Part shown: one piece after another, positions 18,459 through 27,199 of the stretch | Layout: the number at the start of each line of letters is the position of its first letter | How positions within the stretch are numbered: the first letter of the stretch is position 1 | Virus record (IMG/VR): IMGVR_UViG_3300035562_000118 | Span: 1 to 37,200 of that record | DNA length: 37,200 bases | DNA from: a virus | Lineage: Duplodnaviria > Caudoviricetes | Reading direction: 5' to 3' (one strand) | Made by a program: the position numbers and the translations under genes | The notes under the pieces: generated by a model | Database searches by the model: none | What the model was told of the DNA's origin: nothing | What the model saw: only the letters and a program-made list of their open reading frames with translations

Positions 18459-18476
18459 TGTGTGGTTGACCGTACA
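18459..18476. promoter_or_regulatory. Ogr-family activator box of divergent late promoters pP/pO
   Basis: TGT-N12-ACA (TGTGTGGTTGACCGTACA) in the P/O intergenic region. Confidence 0.75.
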
Positions 18477-18554
18477 AGTGCCGCGCGTTGTTTCACTCCC
18501 CCCATCACCGCAAACATAGGGCTCCAGTAAGTTATTTCTAACGGAGCACGGCTC

Positions 18555-19388
18555 ATGACAGTGAAAGCAAAGCGTTTCCGTATCGGGGTGGAAGGTGCCA
18601 CCACCGACGGGCGCGAAATCCAGCGTGAATGGCTGGTACAGATGGCTGCCAGCTACAACCCGACGGTGTATACCGCGCAAATCAACCTTGAGCACATCAA
18701 AGGCTATTCACCAGACGGCACGTTTAAACGCTATGGACATGTTACCGCTCTGGCTGCCGAGGAAATTACGGACGGGACGCTCAAAGGGAAAATGGCGCTT
18801 TATGCCGACATCAACCCGTCGCCCGATTTGGTCAGCCTGATTAAACAGTGGCAAAAGCAGTTTACCTCCATGGAGGTCAGCCCAAAGTTTGCCGACACCG
18901 GGAAAGCCTATCTGGTAGGACTGGCTGCCACTGACGATCCGGCGAGCCTGGGCACCGAAATGCTGGCTTTCAGCGCCAGTGCTAAGCAGAACCCGCTGGC
19001 GAACCGCAAGCTGGACCCGGAAAACCTGTTTACCGCGGCTGAGGAAACACTGATCGAGCTGGAAGACGCCCAGGACGATAAACCGTCCCTCTTTTCACGT
19101 GTCACCGCACTGTTTACCAAAAAAGAACAAACCGATGAGGCGCGTTTCTCTGATGTGCATAAGGCCGTGGAACTGGTTGCCACAGAACAGCAAAACCTGA
19201 GCGAACGCACTGACCAGTCCCTGTCCGATCAGGACCTGCGCCTTTCTGAACTGGAGTCCTCCCTGCAGGAACAACAAACCGCCTTTACCGAGCTACAGCT
19301 GCAACTGAGCCGCGAAGACAGCCGTAAAGATTACCGCCAGCGCGCGCCGGGCGGTGACGCACCGGCAGGCACCCTGACCAATTGCTGA
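18555..19388 (+). CDS. O: Capsid scaffolding protein/protease
   Basis: FRIGVEGATTDGREI, INLEH, YLVGLAATDDPASLGTE. Confidence 0.95.
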   Translation: MTVKAKRFRIGVEGATTDGREIQREWLVQMAASYNPTVYTAQINLEHIKGYSPDGTFKRYGHVTALAAEEITDGTLKGKMALYADINPSPDLVSLIKQWQKQFTSMEVSPKFADTGKAYLVGLAATDDPASLGTEMLAFSASAKQNPLANRKLDPENLFTAAEETLIELEDAQDDKPSLFSRVTALFTKKEQTDEARFSDVHKAVELVATEQQNLSERTDQSLSDQDLRLSELESSLQEQQTAFTELQLQLSREDSRKDYRQRAPGGDAPAGTLTNC

Positions 19389-19404
19389 TGGAGCATAAAA
19401 CCTG

Positions 19405-20484
19405 ATGAAAAAGAATACCAAATTTGCCTTTAACGCTTACCTGCAGCAGCTGGCGCGCCTGAACGGTGTGGACGTTGAGGAGTTGTCCAGCAAGTTCACC
19501 GTGGAGCCGTCCGTGCAGCAGACGCTGGAAGATGAGATCCAGCAGTCCGCCGCATTCCTGACGCTCATTAACATTTCACCCGTCGATGAGCAGTCCGGTC
19601 AACTGCTGGGGCTGGGCGTGGGTAGTACCGTTGCCGGGACCACGGATACGACCAAGCAGGATCGTGAGCCTACCGACCCGATGGTGATGGAGGACGTGGA
19701 GTACAAATGCGAGCAGACCAACTTTGACACGGTGCTGACCTACGCAAAACTGGACCTGTGGGCCAAGTTCCAGGACTTCCAGGTGCGTATCCGTAACGCC
19801 ATCATCAAGCGTCAGGCGCTGGACCGCATCATGATCGGCTTTAACGGGCTGGCCCGCGCCAAAACGTCGAACCGTACCGAAAACCCGCTGCTGCAGGACG
19901 TCAATAAGGGCTGGTTGCAGAAAATCCGCGAAGACGCACCGGATCACGTCATGGGGAGCAACACCAAAGACGGCGTAACCACGAAAGGCTCAGTGAAAGT
20001 GGGCAAAGGTGCTTCGAAGCTGGAGGAAAAAGGCTACGAAAATCTGGACGCCGTGGTGATGGATGCCGTCAACGAGCTTATCGACGTGGTTTATCAGGAT
20101 GATGACGATCTGGTTGTGGTCTGCGGGCGCGAACTGCTGTCCGACAAGTATTTCCCGCTGGTTAACAAAGACCAGGACAACAGCGAAAAGATTGCTGCCG
20201 ATCTAATCATCAGCCAGAAGCGCATGGGCGGCCTGCAGGCGGTTCGTGCCCCTTACTTTCCGGCGAATGCCTTGCTGATCACCCGTCTGGATAACCTGTC
20301 CATCTACTGGCAGGTAGACACCCGCCGCCGCTCTGTTATCGACAACCCGAAACGTGACCGGATTGAAAACTTTGAATCCGTTAACGAGGCGTATGTGGTT
20401 GAGGACTACCGCTGCGCGGCACTGGTGGAAAACATCGAGATCGGTGATTTCAGTAAGCCTGCCGCACCGGACGGTGGAGCGTAA
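19405..20484 (+). CDS. N: Major capsid protein
   Basis: KFTVEPSVQQTLE, ALDRIMIGFNG, NPLLQDVNKGWLQK. Confidence 0.96.
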   Translation: MKKNTKFAFNAYLQQLARLNGVDVEELSSKFTVEPSVQQTLEDEIQQSAAFLTLINISPVDEQSGQLLGLGVGSTVAGTTDTTKQDREPTDPMVMEDVEYKCEQTNFDTVLTYAKLDLWAKFQDFQVRIRNAIIKRQALDRIMIGFNGLARAKTSNRTENPLLQDVNKGWLQKIREDAPDHVMGSNTKDGVTTKGSVKVGKGASKLEEKGYENLDAVVMDAVNELIDVVYQDDDDLVVVCGRELLSDKYFPLVNKDQDNSEKIAADLIISQKRMGGLQAVRAPYFPANALLITRLDNLSIYWQVDTRRRSVIDNPKRDRIENFESVNEAYVVEDYRCAALVENIEIGDFSKPAAPDGGA

Positions 20485-20487
20485 CCC

Positions 20488-21138
20488 ATGAGCCTGAGTC
20501 CCGCACGGCAGCACCGCCTGCGCATTCAGGCCGAACAGGCCGCCCGTGAGGGCGGCAGTGTTCGCCATGCGTCAGGTTATGACTTGATGCTGTTGCAGCT
20601 GGCAGAGGACCGCCGCCGCCTTAAGGGCATCCAGTCCACGGTGAAAAAAGCAGAGATTAAGGTGGAGGTGCTGCCGAAATATTCCGCCTGGGCGGAGGGG
20701 GTGCTGGCGGCAGAGGGGGCGCAGCAGGATGACGTGCTGATGTACGTGATGCTGTGGCGCATTGACGCCGGTGATTATGCCGGTGCGCTGGAAATAGGGC
20801 GCCATGCGCTGCGCCATGGCTGGGTGATGCCGCTGGGCAACCGTAACGTGCAGACCGTGCTGGCTGAGGAGATGGCGGACGCGGCGCAAAGTGCCCTGCT
20901 TGCCGCCGCCGGTTTTGACGCTGATCTGCTGCTGCAGACGCTGGACCTGACCACCGGGCAGGATATGCCGGACCAGTCACGGGCCCGCCTGCATAAAGCC
21001 ATCGGCGCGGTGCTGAGCGAAAGCAACCCGGCATCTGCCCTGAATCACATCACTCATGCGCTGCAGCTCGATCCCCGCTGCGGCGTGAAAAAAGAAAAGC
21101 AGCAGCTGGAGCGCAGACTGCGCAATGACAGCCGCTAA
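20488..21138 (+). CDS. M: Terminase small subunit
   Basis: SPARQH, MLWRIDAGDY.GALEI, GVKKEKQQLER. Confidence 0.94.
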   Translation: MSLSPARQHRLRIQAEQAAREGGSVRHASGYDLMLLQLAEDRRRLKGIQSTVKKAEIKVEVLPKYSAWAEGVLAAEGAQQDDVLMYVMLWRIDAGDYAGALEIGRHALRHGWVMPLGNRNVQTVLAEEMADAAQSALLAAAGFDADLLLQTLDLTTGQDMPDQSRARLHKAIGAVLSESNPASALNHITHALQLDPRCGVKKEKQQLERRLRNDSR

Positions 21139-21231
21139 CGAACGTGCCCCGCGCACGGGCGGCACGGGGTGGCGAAAGGCAATGCCACATCAAAACCCCG
21201 TCCACCGCCCACTTATTCAGGAGAAAGCCGC

Positions 21232-21696
21232 ATGAAGTTTGTTGCGCCAGAACAGGCACCGGAACAGGCGGAGGTCATCAAAAATACGCCATTCTGGCCT
21301 GATGTGGACCTGTCGGAATTTCGCAGCGTGATGCGCACTGACGGCACGGTGACGCAGCCGCGTTTAAAGCAGGTCGTGCTGACGGCGATTTCTGAGGTTA
21401 ACGCTGAGCTGTTCGACTTCCGCCACCGCCAGCAGATGCTGGGTTATCAGGCACTGGCTGAGGTTCCGGCAGATATGCTGGACGGCAAAAGCGAGCGTAT
21501 CCAGCACTATCACAACGCCGTGTATTGCTGGGCGCGTGCCGTGCTCAATGAGCGTTATCAGGACTATGACACCACGGCGTCCGGCGTAAAGCGAGGGGAG
21601 GAGCTGGCGGAGGCCAGCGGCGATCTGTGGCGTGATGCACGCTGGGCCATCAGCCGGGTGCAGGACGCGCCGCACTGTACGGTGGAGCTTATCTGA
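21232..21696 (+). CDS. L: Head completion protein
   Basis: NTPFWPDVDL, ERYQDYDTT..G, WRDARWAISR; RBS CAGGAG. Confidence 0.93.
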   Translation: MKFVAPEQAPEQAEVIKNTPFWPDVDLSEFRSVMRTDGTVTQPRLKQVVLTAISEVNAELFDFRHRQQMLGYQALAEVPADMLDGKSERIQHYHNAVYCWARAVLNERYQDYDTTASGVKRGEELAEASGDLWRDARWAISRVQDAPHCTVELI

Positions 21697-21899
21697 TGAA
21701 AGTGCGTGCGCATCAGTATGACACGGTGGACGCGCTTTGCTGGCGTCATTACGGGCGCACGCAGGGTGTCACAGAGCAGGTTCTGCAGGCAAATCCGGGG
21801 CTGGCAGAGTACGGCCCATTCTTACCGCACGGGCTGCAGGTGGAGCTGCCGGACATTCCGGCGTCAACCACGGCGCAGACCGTCCAGCTATGGGACTGA
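21696..21899 (+). CDS. X: Tail protein X (LysM-like)
   Basis: DTVDALCWRHYGRT.GV.EQVL.ANPGLA. Confidence 0.94.
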   Translation: MKVRAHQYDTVDALCWRHYGRTQGVTEQVLQANPGLAEYGPFLPHGLQVELPDIPASTTAQTVQLWD

Positions 21900-22118
21900 A
21901 TGATGACGCTTGAACGAATCAGCGCCTTTATCACTTACTGCATCGCCGTGCTGCTGGCATGGCTGGGCGATCTGTCGCTCAAGGATGCGTCAACGGTTGG
22001 CGGCGTGCTGATCGGCGTGCTGATGCTGGCTATCAACTGGTACTACAAACACCAGTCTTTCAAATTGTTGCGCGGCGGGAAGATTTCGCGGGGGGAATAT
22101 GAGTCCTTCAATCGTTAA
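21900..22118 (+). CDS. Holin
   Basis: Small, two hydrophobic segments, INWYY followed by basic tail; precedes lysozyme. Confidence 0.85.
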   Translation: MMTLERISAFITYCIAVLLAWLGDLSLKDASTVGGVLIGVLMLAINWYYKHQSFKLLRGGKISRGEYESFNR

Positions 22119-22608
22119 GCGCTGTCTTGTCGGGGCGGTGCTGGCTATCGCCGCCACGCTGCCCGGCTTCCAGTCGCTGCATACCTCCGTTGAGGGGCTG
22201 AAACTGATTGCCGATTACGAGGGATGCCGCCTGCAGCCATATCAGTGCAGCGCGGGCGTCTGGACCGACGGGATCGGCAATACGTCCGGCGTGGTGCCGG
22301 GCAAAGCCATCACGGAACGGCAGGCGGCGCAGGGGTTAATCAACAATGTGCTGCTGACTGAAAAAAGGCTGGATGCCTGCCTGACGGTTAAGCCGCCGCA
22401 ACATGTCTACGATGCGCTGGTGAGTATTGGTTTCAATGTGGGGACCGGTGCGATCTGCAGGTCAACCATGGTGTCATTTATCAATCGCCAGCAGTGGTGG
22501 CAGGCATGCAACCAGCTACCGCGCTGGATTTACGTTAACGGTGTGAGAAACAAAGGGCTGGAGAACCGCCGTGCGCGGGAACTGGCCTGGTGCTTAAAAG
22601 GGGCATAA
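22099..22608 (+). CDS. Endolysin (GH24 lysozyme, probable SAR anchor)
   Basis: Hydrophobic N-terminus; EGCRLQPYQCSAGVWTDGIGNT (E-X8-C-X5-T triad); GLENRR. Confidence 0.92.
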   Translation: MSPSIVKRCLVGAVLAIAATLPGFQSLHTSVEGLKLIADYEGCRLQPYQCSAGVWTDGIGNTSGVVPGKAITERQAAQGLINNVLLTEKRLDACLTVKPPQHVYDALVSIGFNVGTGAICRSTMVSFINRQQWWQACNQLPRWIYVNGVRNKGLENRRARELAWCLKGA

Positions 22609-22612
22609 CGGA

Positions 22613-22990
22613 ATGAAAAAGAAAGTCATGAGTCTGTTTTTCCAGCTGGCATGGGTCGCACTGCTGGTTATCAGCCTGCTTTACCCGCGCAGCGTTGCGC
22701 CGGTTCTGGTGGGGGCATCTGTTCAGGTGTTGTGTGTTCTTGCCTGGCTGCTGGCGGCGCTGTGCGCTGTCGGGTGGTTTGCCGGGGGCAGGGGGCGCGA
22801 TGAGGTCAGGGCGGCGCTGTTGAAATTCAGGGCACGCCCCGTAAAACCGGTGCTCACATGGGCAATGAGGCTGCTTATCGTGATGTGCCTGGCGTTTTCG
22901 GGGTGGGTGATCACTCTGGTGTTTTACCTGCTGACGCTGGTTCTGTACCAGATTGCCCGCGCGCAGCTCCATGAGCCAGTGGCGGCCTGA
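22613..22990 (+). CDS. Membrane protein in the LysA position of the lysis cassette
   Basis: Several hydrophobic segments; between endolysin and lysB. Confidence 0.7.
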   Translation: MKKKVMSLFFQLAWVALLVISLLYPRSVAPVLVGASVQVLCVLAWLLAALCAVGWFAGGRGRDEVRAALLKFRARPVKPVLTWAMRLLIVMCLAFSGWVITLVFYLLTLVLYQIARAQLHEPVAA

Positions 22991-23415
22991 TGCGGGCGCT
23001 GGCGGTAGTGCTGGCGCTGGTACTGGTAGCGCTGGGCTGGCAGTCGTGGAGGCTTAACAACGCCAGCCACACCATTGAGACGCAGGGCGCGGCGCTGGCA
23101 AGAAAAACGCAGGAACTGACGAAGAAAAACAGCCAGCTGATCGGCCTGTCCATTCTGACCGAAACCAACAGCCGGGAGCAGACACGGCTTTATGCGGCGG
23201 CGGAACAGACCACCGCGCAGCTGCGAAGTCGCCAGCGCCGGATCGAGGAACTGAAACGTGAAAACGAGGATTTACGCCGCTGGGCTGACACTCCTTTGCC
23301 TGCTGACATTATCCGGCTGCGGGAGCGTCCGGCCCTCGCCGGAGGTGCAGATTACCGTGAGTGGCTGTCCCAGAGTGACGCAGTGCCGCCTGGAGAGGTC
23401 AGCGCCGCGCAGTAA
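22990..23415 (+). CDS. lysB: LysB, Rz-like inner spanin
   Basis: N-terminal TM, coiled coil, ENEDLRRWADTPLPADIIRL. Confidence 0.9.
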   Translation: MRALAVVLALVLVALGWQSWRLNNASHTIETQGAALARKTQELTKKNSQLIGLSILTETNSREQTRLYAAAEQTTAQLRSRQRRIEELKRENEDLRRWADTPLPADIIRLRERPALAGGADYREWLSQSDAVPPGEVSAAQ

Positions 23416-23548
23416 CGGCGATCTTAATTCGGTACTGGATGAAACCGAGGCCGCCTGGGCGGTCTGTGCTGACAAAGTGGACACGATCATTGCGTGTCAG
23501 GAGCGAGACAGTGAACAAGCCGCAGTCCTTACGCCGCGCACTGAATAA
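23258..23548 (+). CDS. lysC: LysC, Rz1-like outer spanin lipoprotein overlapping lysB
   Basis: Lipobox LSGC; CPRVTQC, NGDL, AWAVCA.KVD.I..CQ. Confidence 0.85.
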   Translation: MKTRIYAAGLTLLCLLTLSGCGSVRPSPEVQITVSGCPRVTQCRLERSAPRSNGDLNSVLDETEAAWAVCADKVDTIIACQERDSEQAAVLTPRTE

Positions 23549-23942
23549 AGCGGTGCCCTATGTCCGCAATAACCCGGACAAACTGCACCTTTTTGTGGAT
23601 AACGGTTCACTGGTGGCAACCGGTGCCAGCTCCATGTCATGGGAATACCGCTACACCCTGAACGTGGTGATCGAGGATTTCAGCGGCGACCAGAATCTGC
23701 TGATGGCTCCCGTGCTGCTGTGGCTAAGTGACAAGCAGCCGGACGCGATTAATAACCCTGAGCTGCGCGAAAAACTATTCACCTTTGAAGTGGATATTCT
23801 GCGCAACGATGTGTGCGATATCAGCCTTAACCTGCAGCTGACGGAGCGCGTGCTGGTCAGCACTGACGGCAGCGTGTCGAGCGTTGAGGCGGTGCCGGAG
23901 CCGGACGAACCCGAAGAGATGTGGACGGTGAAACGTGGATGA
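23511..23942 (+). CDS. R: Tail completion protein R (GTG start)
   Basis: KPQSLRRAL, NPDKLHLFVD.G, EYRYTLN, LTERV. Confidence 0.92.
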   Translation: MNKPQSLRRALNKAVPYVRNNPDKLHLFVDNGSLVATGASSMSWEYRYTLNVVIEDFSGDQNLLMAPVLLWLSDKQPDAINNPELREKLFTFEVDILRNDVCDISLNLQLTERVLVSTDGSVSSVEAVPEPDEPEEMWTVKRG

Positions 23943-24384
23943 ACTGCAGAGGGTGGATGACTGGCTGACGGCGCTGCTGGCGAATCTGGATCCTGCCGCG
24001 CGCAGTCGTATGATGCGGCAGCTGGCGCAACAGCTTCGCCGGACGCAACAGCAGAATATCAGGCTGCAGCGCAATCCTGACGGCAGCGGCTATGAGCCGC
24101 GTCGGGTGACGGCCCGCAGTAAGAAGGGACGTATCAGGCGCCAGATGTTTGCAAAACTACGCACCACAAAATACCTGAAAACCGCCGCCAGTGCGGACTC
24201 CGCCAGCGTGCAGTTTGATGGCAAGGTGCAGCGCATTGCCCGTGTTCACCATTACGGCCTGCGCGATCGCGTCAGCCGCAAGGGCCCGGAGGTCCGCTAT
24301 GCAGAGCGTCGCCTGCTGGGCGTGAACGATGAGGTGGAAACTGTCACCCGTGATATCATACTGCGATGGGTACAGAGTTTATAA
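23935..24384 (+). CDS. S: Tail completion / virion morphogenesis protein S
   Basis: QRNPDGSGYEPR, MFAKLR, RIARVHHYGL, RRLLG. Confidence 0.93.
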   Translation: MDELQRVDDWLTALLANLDPAARSRMMRQLAQQLRRTQQQNIRLQRNPDGSGYEPRRVTARSKKGRIRRQMFAKLRTTKYLKTAASADSASVQFDGKVQRIARVHHYGLRDRVSRKGPEVRYAERRLLGVNDEVETVTRDIILRWVQSL

Positions 24385-24411
24385 ATGTAAGTACTATTTT
24401 TTCAATATTAT

Positions 24412-25275
24412 CTAACCATGACTAATAAACGGATTACGGTCAATCCATGAGTCCCAATTGATTAACCCATCATCAAACTCTATATACTTCATTAGGGTAA
24501 GGGATAATAACATTCCGAGCTGCGATGAATAGTCTTTTAAGTGAATCATACTTTCTGGGTTGTCATTGTCGAGATATGCGATATAGCCGCCTTGATGAAA
24601 AAGCGAATTTCTAAGCTTACAGTAATGCATCATGTTTCGTTGCGGTAGATCTGAGTCAACTTTTGAAACATCGAACCCGTACTCTTTTAAAACACTGGTT
24701 ATAATCTCCGGGGCTTTTCTGTGTAGATCGTTTTTAATATATCGGCACAATGATTCTAAGGCTGAAAATTCTAGATAATAACTAACATCTACATAGTTCA
24801 TATTCTCTCTGAAAGATACCATGGATTTATAAAATGCAGTCCTAAAAGGGTTTTGGTTAGAGTTGGCATTTTCGTTTAGTTTGTTCATTGCAAGGGAAAT
24901 GAATTTCGAACGACTTTTAGGAGCGAAAAAGTCTTCAAGGATTATTCTTCCTGGCCCTTGTTTGCGTTTGGAGTTGAGTTGTAGTGGGAAGTCGCCTTTT
25001 AATTTTTGTGGCGTTTCATCTTCTTCTAGAGAGTTACATATAATTACATCCTTTTGTTCAATAAAGCTTAAGACTGCAGATAGGTCGAAAATAAGTTGGT
25101 TTAAATTTTTATAATTTGTTGGATAAGGTGAAAAAAAACCACTCAAAACATATCCTTTTCCATCGCATTTAACATCTTTTAATTGTTTTGATGTATTGAA
25201 GCGAGGAATCAGTATTCCTCCATCAAATGAAATCTCTTTGGTAAAACTAAAACCATAGATGGCAATAGATGTCAT
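24412..25275 (-). CDS. Compact ApeA-like HEPN protein (287 aa), accessory gene antisense to late operon
   Basis: YYLEFSALESL helix and downstream KLRNSLFHQG (R-X4-H); AT-rich; S-V slot. Confidence 0.7.
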   Translation of the reverse strand: MTSIAIYGFSFTKEISFDGGILIPRFNTSKQLKDVKCDGKGYVLSGFFSPYPTNYKNLNQLIFDLSAVLSFIEQKDVIICNSLEEDETPQKLKGDFPLQLNSKRKQGPGRIILEDFFAPKSRSKFISLAMNKLNENANSNQNPFRTAFYKSMVSFRENMNYVDVSYYLEFSALESLCRYIKNDLHRKAPEIITSVLKEYGFDVSKVDSDLPQRNMMHYCKLRNSLFHQGGYIAYLDNDNPESMIHLKDYSSQLGMLLSLTLMKYIEFDDGLINWDSWIDRNPFISHG

Positions 25276-25303
25276 AAGACGTCCTCAGTTTTTTCTTTGT
25301 CAT

Positions 25304-25321
25304 TGTGTGATGGGCCATACA
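25304..25321 (+). promoter_or_regulatory. Ogr box of late promoter pV
   Basis: TGT-N12-ACA (TGTGTGATGGGCCATACA) about 50 bp upstream of V. Confidence 0.75.
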
Positions 25322-25369
25322 CATCACATCCTGTACCTCACGATAAATGTTTATGCAAGTATCGTCGAC

Positions 25370-25948
25370 ATGAATACACAACTGACAGAAATCATGCGCC
25401 TTATCACCAACCTGATCCGCACCGGCACCGTGACCGAAGTGGACCGGGAAAACTGGCTGTGTCGGGTGAAAACGGGCGACCTTGAAACCAACTGGATTAA
25501 CTGGCTGACCTGCCGTGCCGGAAAATCCCGGACATGGTGGAAACCGTCCGAAGGTGAGCAGGTTGTGCTGTTCAGCCTGGGCGGCAATCTCGAAACCGCC
25601 TTTGCGCTGCCTGCCGTCTACTCCAATCAGTTTCCGCCACCGTCAGACTCTGAGGGCGGCAACGTGACGGCGTATGACGACGGGGGCTGGTTTGAGTACG
25701 AGCCCGCCACCGGGCGCTGGTACGTCAGGGGCATTAAATCCATGGTTATCGAGGCGGCAGACAATATCACCCTGAAAACCGGGGAGTTCGTTGTGGAGGC
25801 CGACACCACGCGCATTAACAGCGAGGTGGTGATCAACGGTGGCGTCACCCAGGGCGGCGGCGCGATGAGCTCCAACGGGATCGTGGTGGATAAGCACGGT
25901 CACACCGGCGTTAAGTCCGGCGGCGATACGTCAGGGGGCCCGGTATGA
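25370..25948 (+). CDS. V: Baseplate spike protein
   Basis: NLIRTGTV, W..PSEGEQV, C-terminal HGHTGV..G (HxH). Confidence 0.94.
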   Translation: MNTQLTEIMRLITNLIRTGTVTEVDRENWLCRVKTGDLETNWINWLTCRAGKSRTWWKPSEGEQVVLFSLGGNLETAFALPAVYSNQFPPPSDSEGGNVTAYDDGGWFEYEPATGRWYVRGIKSMVIEAADNITLKTGEFVVEADTTRINSEVVINGGVTQGGGAMSSNGIVVDKHGHTGVKSGGDTSGGPV

Positions 25949-26304
25949 CGCTGTATATCGGCATGAGCCAGGGCAACGGCAAAGCCATTACTGACACGGA
26001 CCATCTGCGCCAGTCGGTGCGGGATATTCTGCTGACCCCGCAGGGCAGCCGGATTGCCCGCCGGGAGTACGGTTCCCTGCTGTCCACCCTGATTGACCAG
26101 CCGCAGAACCCGGCGCTGCGCCTGCAGGTCATGTCTGCGGTCTATGTGGCCCTGAGCCGCTGGGAGCCGCGGCTTACGCTGGATTCCATCACCATCAGCA
26201 GCAACTTTGACGGCTCCATGGTGGTTGAGCTTACCGGGCAGCGCAATAACGGCGCGCCGGTTTCCCTTTCCATACCTACAGGAGCAGACAATGGCAGTCA
26301 TTGA
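25945..26304 (+). CDS. W: Baseplate protein W (gp25-like)
   Basis: HLRQSVRDILLTPQGSR..RREYGS, WEPRL. Confidence 0.94.
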   Translation: MTLYIGMSQGNGKAITDTDHLRQSVRDILLTPQGSRIARREYGSLLSTLIDQPQNPALRLQVMSAVYVALSRWEPRLTLDSITISSNFDGSMVVELTGQRNNGAPVSLSIPTGADNGSH

Positions 26305-27199
26305 CCTTTCCCAGCTTCCGCCGCCGCAGATTGTGGACGTGCCGGATTTTGAGGCACTGCTGGCGGAGCGTAAGGCCGCCTTTGTGGCCCTTCATCCGGT
26401 GGATGAGCAGGATGCGGTCCGGCGCACGCTGGAGCTGGAGTCCGAACCGGTCACTAAGCTGCTGCAGGAAAACACCTACCGGGAGGTCCTGCTGCGCCAG
26501 CGTATTAACGAAGCCGCGCAGGCGGTTATGGTGGCTTATTCCATGGGAAGCGACCTTGAACAGCTGGCGGGTAACTGCAACGTGAAGCGCCTGACGGTCG
26601 TTCCCGCTGATAACGATGCGGTGCCGCCGGTCGCCGCCGTGATGGAAAGCGACGAGGCGCTGCGACAGCGTATCCCGGCGGCGTATGAGGGGCTGTCCGT
26701 GGCGGGCCCGACGGGTGCCTATGAATTTCACGCCAGAAGCGCCGACGGGCGGGTGGCTGATGCCAGCGCAACCAGCCCGGCACCGGCGGAGGTGGTGCTT
26801 ACCGTGCTGAGCCGCGAAGGTGACGGCACGGCAGAGGCTGAGCTGCTGGCGGTGGTTGAGCAGGCGCTTAACAGCGAGAAGGTACGCCCGATAGCGGACC
26901 GCCTGACGGTGCGCAGCGCCGAAATTATCCCGTACCGCGTGGAGGCGACGATCTTCCTTTATCCGGGGCCGGAGGCTGAGCCGGTGATGGCGGCGGCAAA
27001 AGCCAGCCTGCAGAAGTACATCGCCAGCCAGACGCGGCTGGGGCGTGATATCCGTCGTAGCGCCATTTATGCCGCGCTGCACGTGGAGGGCGTCCAGCGC
27101 GTGGAGCTGGCGTCCCCGCTGGGTGACGTGGTGCTGGACAGGACGCAGGCATCCTCCTGCACGGCGTGGAGCGTCACCAACGGGGGGACGGATGAATAG
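26291..27199 (+). CDS. J: Baseplate protein J
   Basis: IDLSQLP.P, SVAGPTGAYEFHA, VRPIADR. Confidence 0.95.
   Translation: MAVIDLSQLPPPQIVDVPDFEALLAERKAAFVALHPVDEQDAVRRTLELESEPVTKLLQENTYREVLLRQRINEAAQAVMVAYSMGSDLEQLAGNCNVKRLTVVPADNDAVPPVAAVMESDEALRQRIPAAYEGLSVAGPTGAYEFHARSADGRVADASATSPAPAEVVLTVLSREGDGTAEAELLAVVEQALNSEKVRPIADRLTVRSAEIIPYRVEATIFLYPGPEAEPVMAAAKASLQKYIASQTRLGRDIRRSAIYAALHVEGVQRVELASPLGDVVLDRTQASSCTAWSVTNGGTDE

Noticed and set aside
18413-18604. Extended N-terminus of terminase P (similar extensions in the ORF track for L, R, V, J, I, FI, ogr)
   Set aside because: Extensions run through promoters or neighbouring genes; downstream starts match the family N-termini
21900-21905. Holin/antiholin dual-start motif
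   Set aside because: Met-Met without an intervening charged residue; no support
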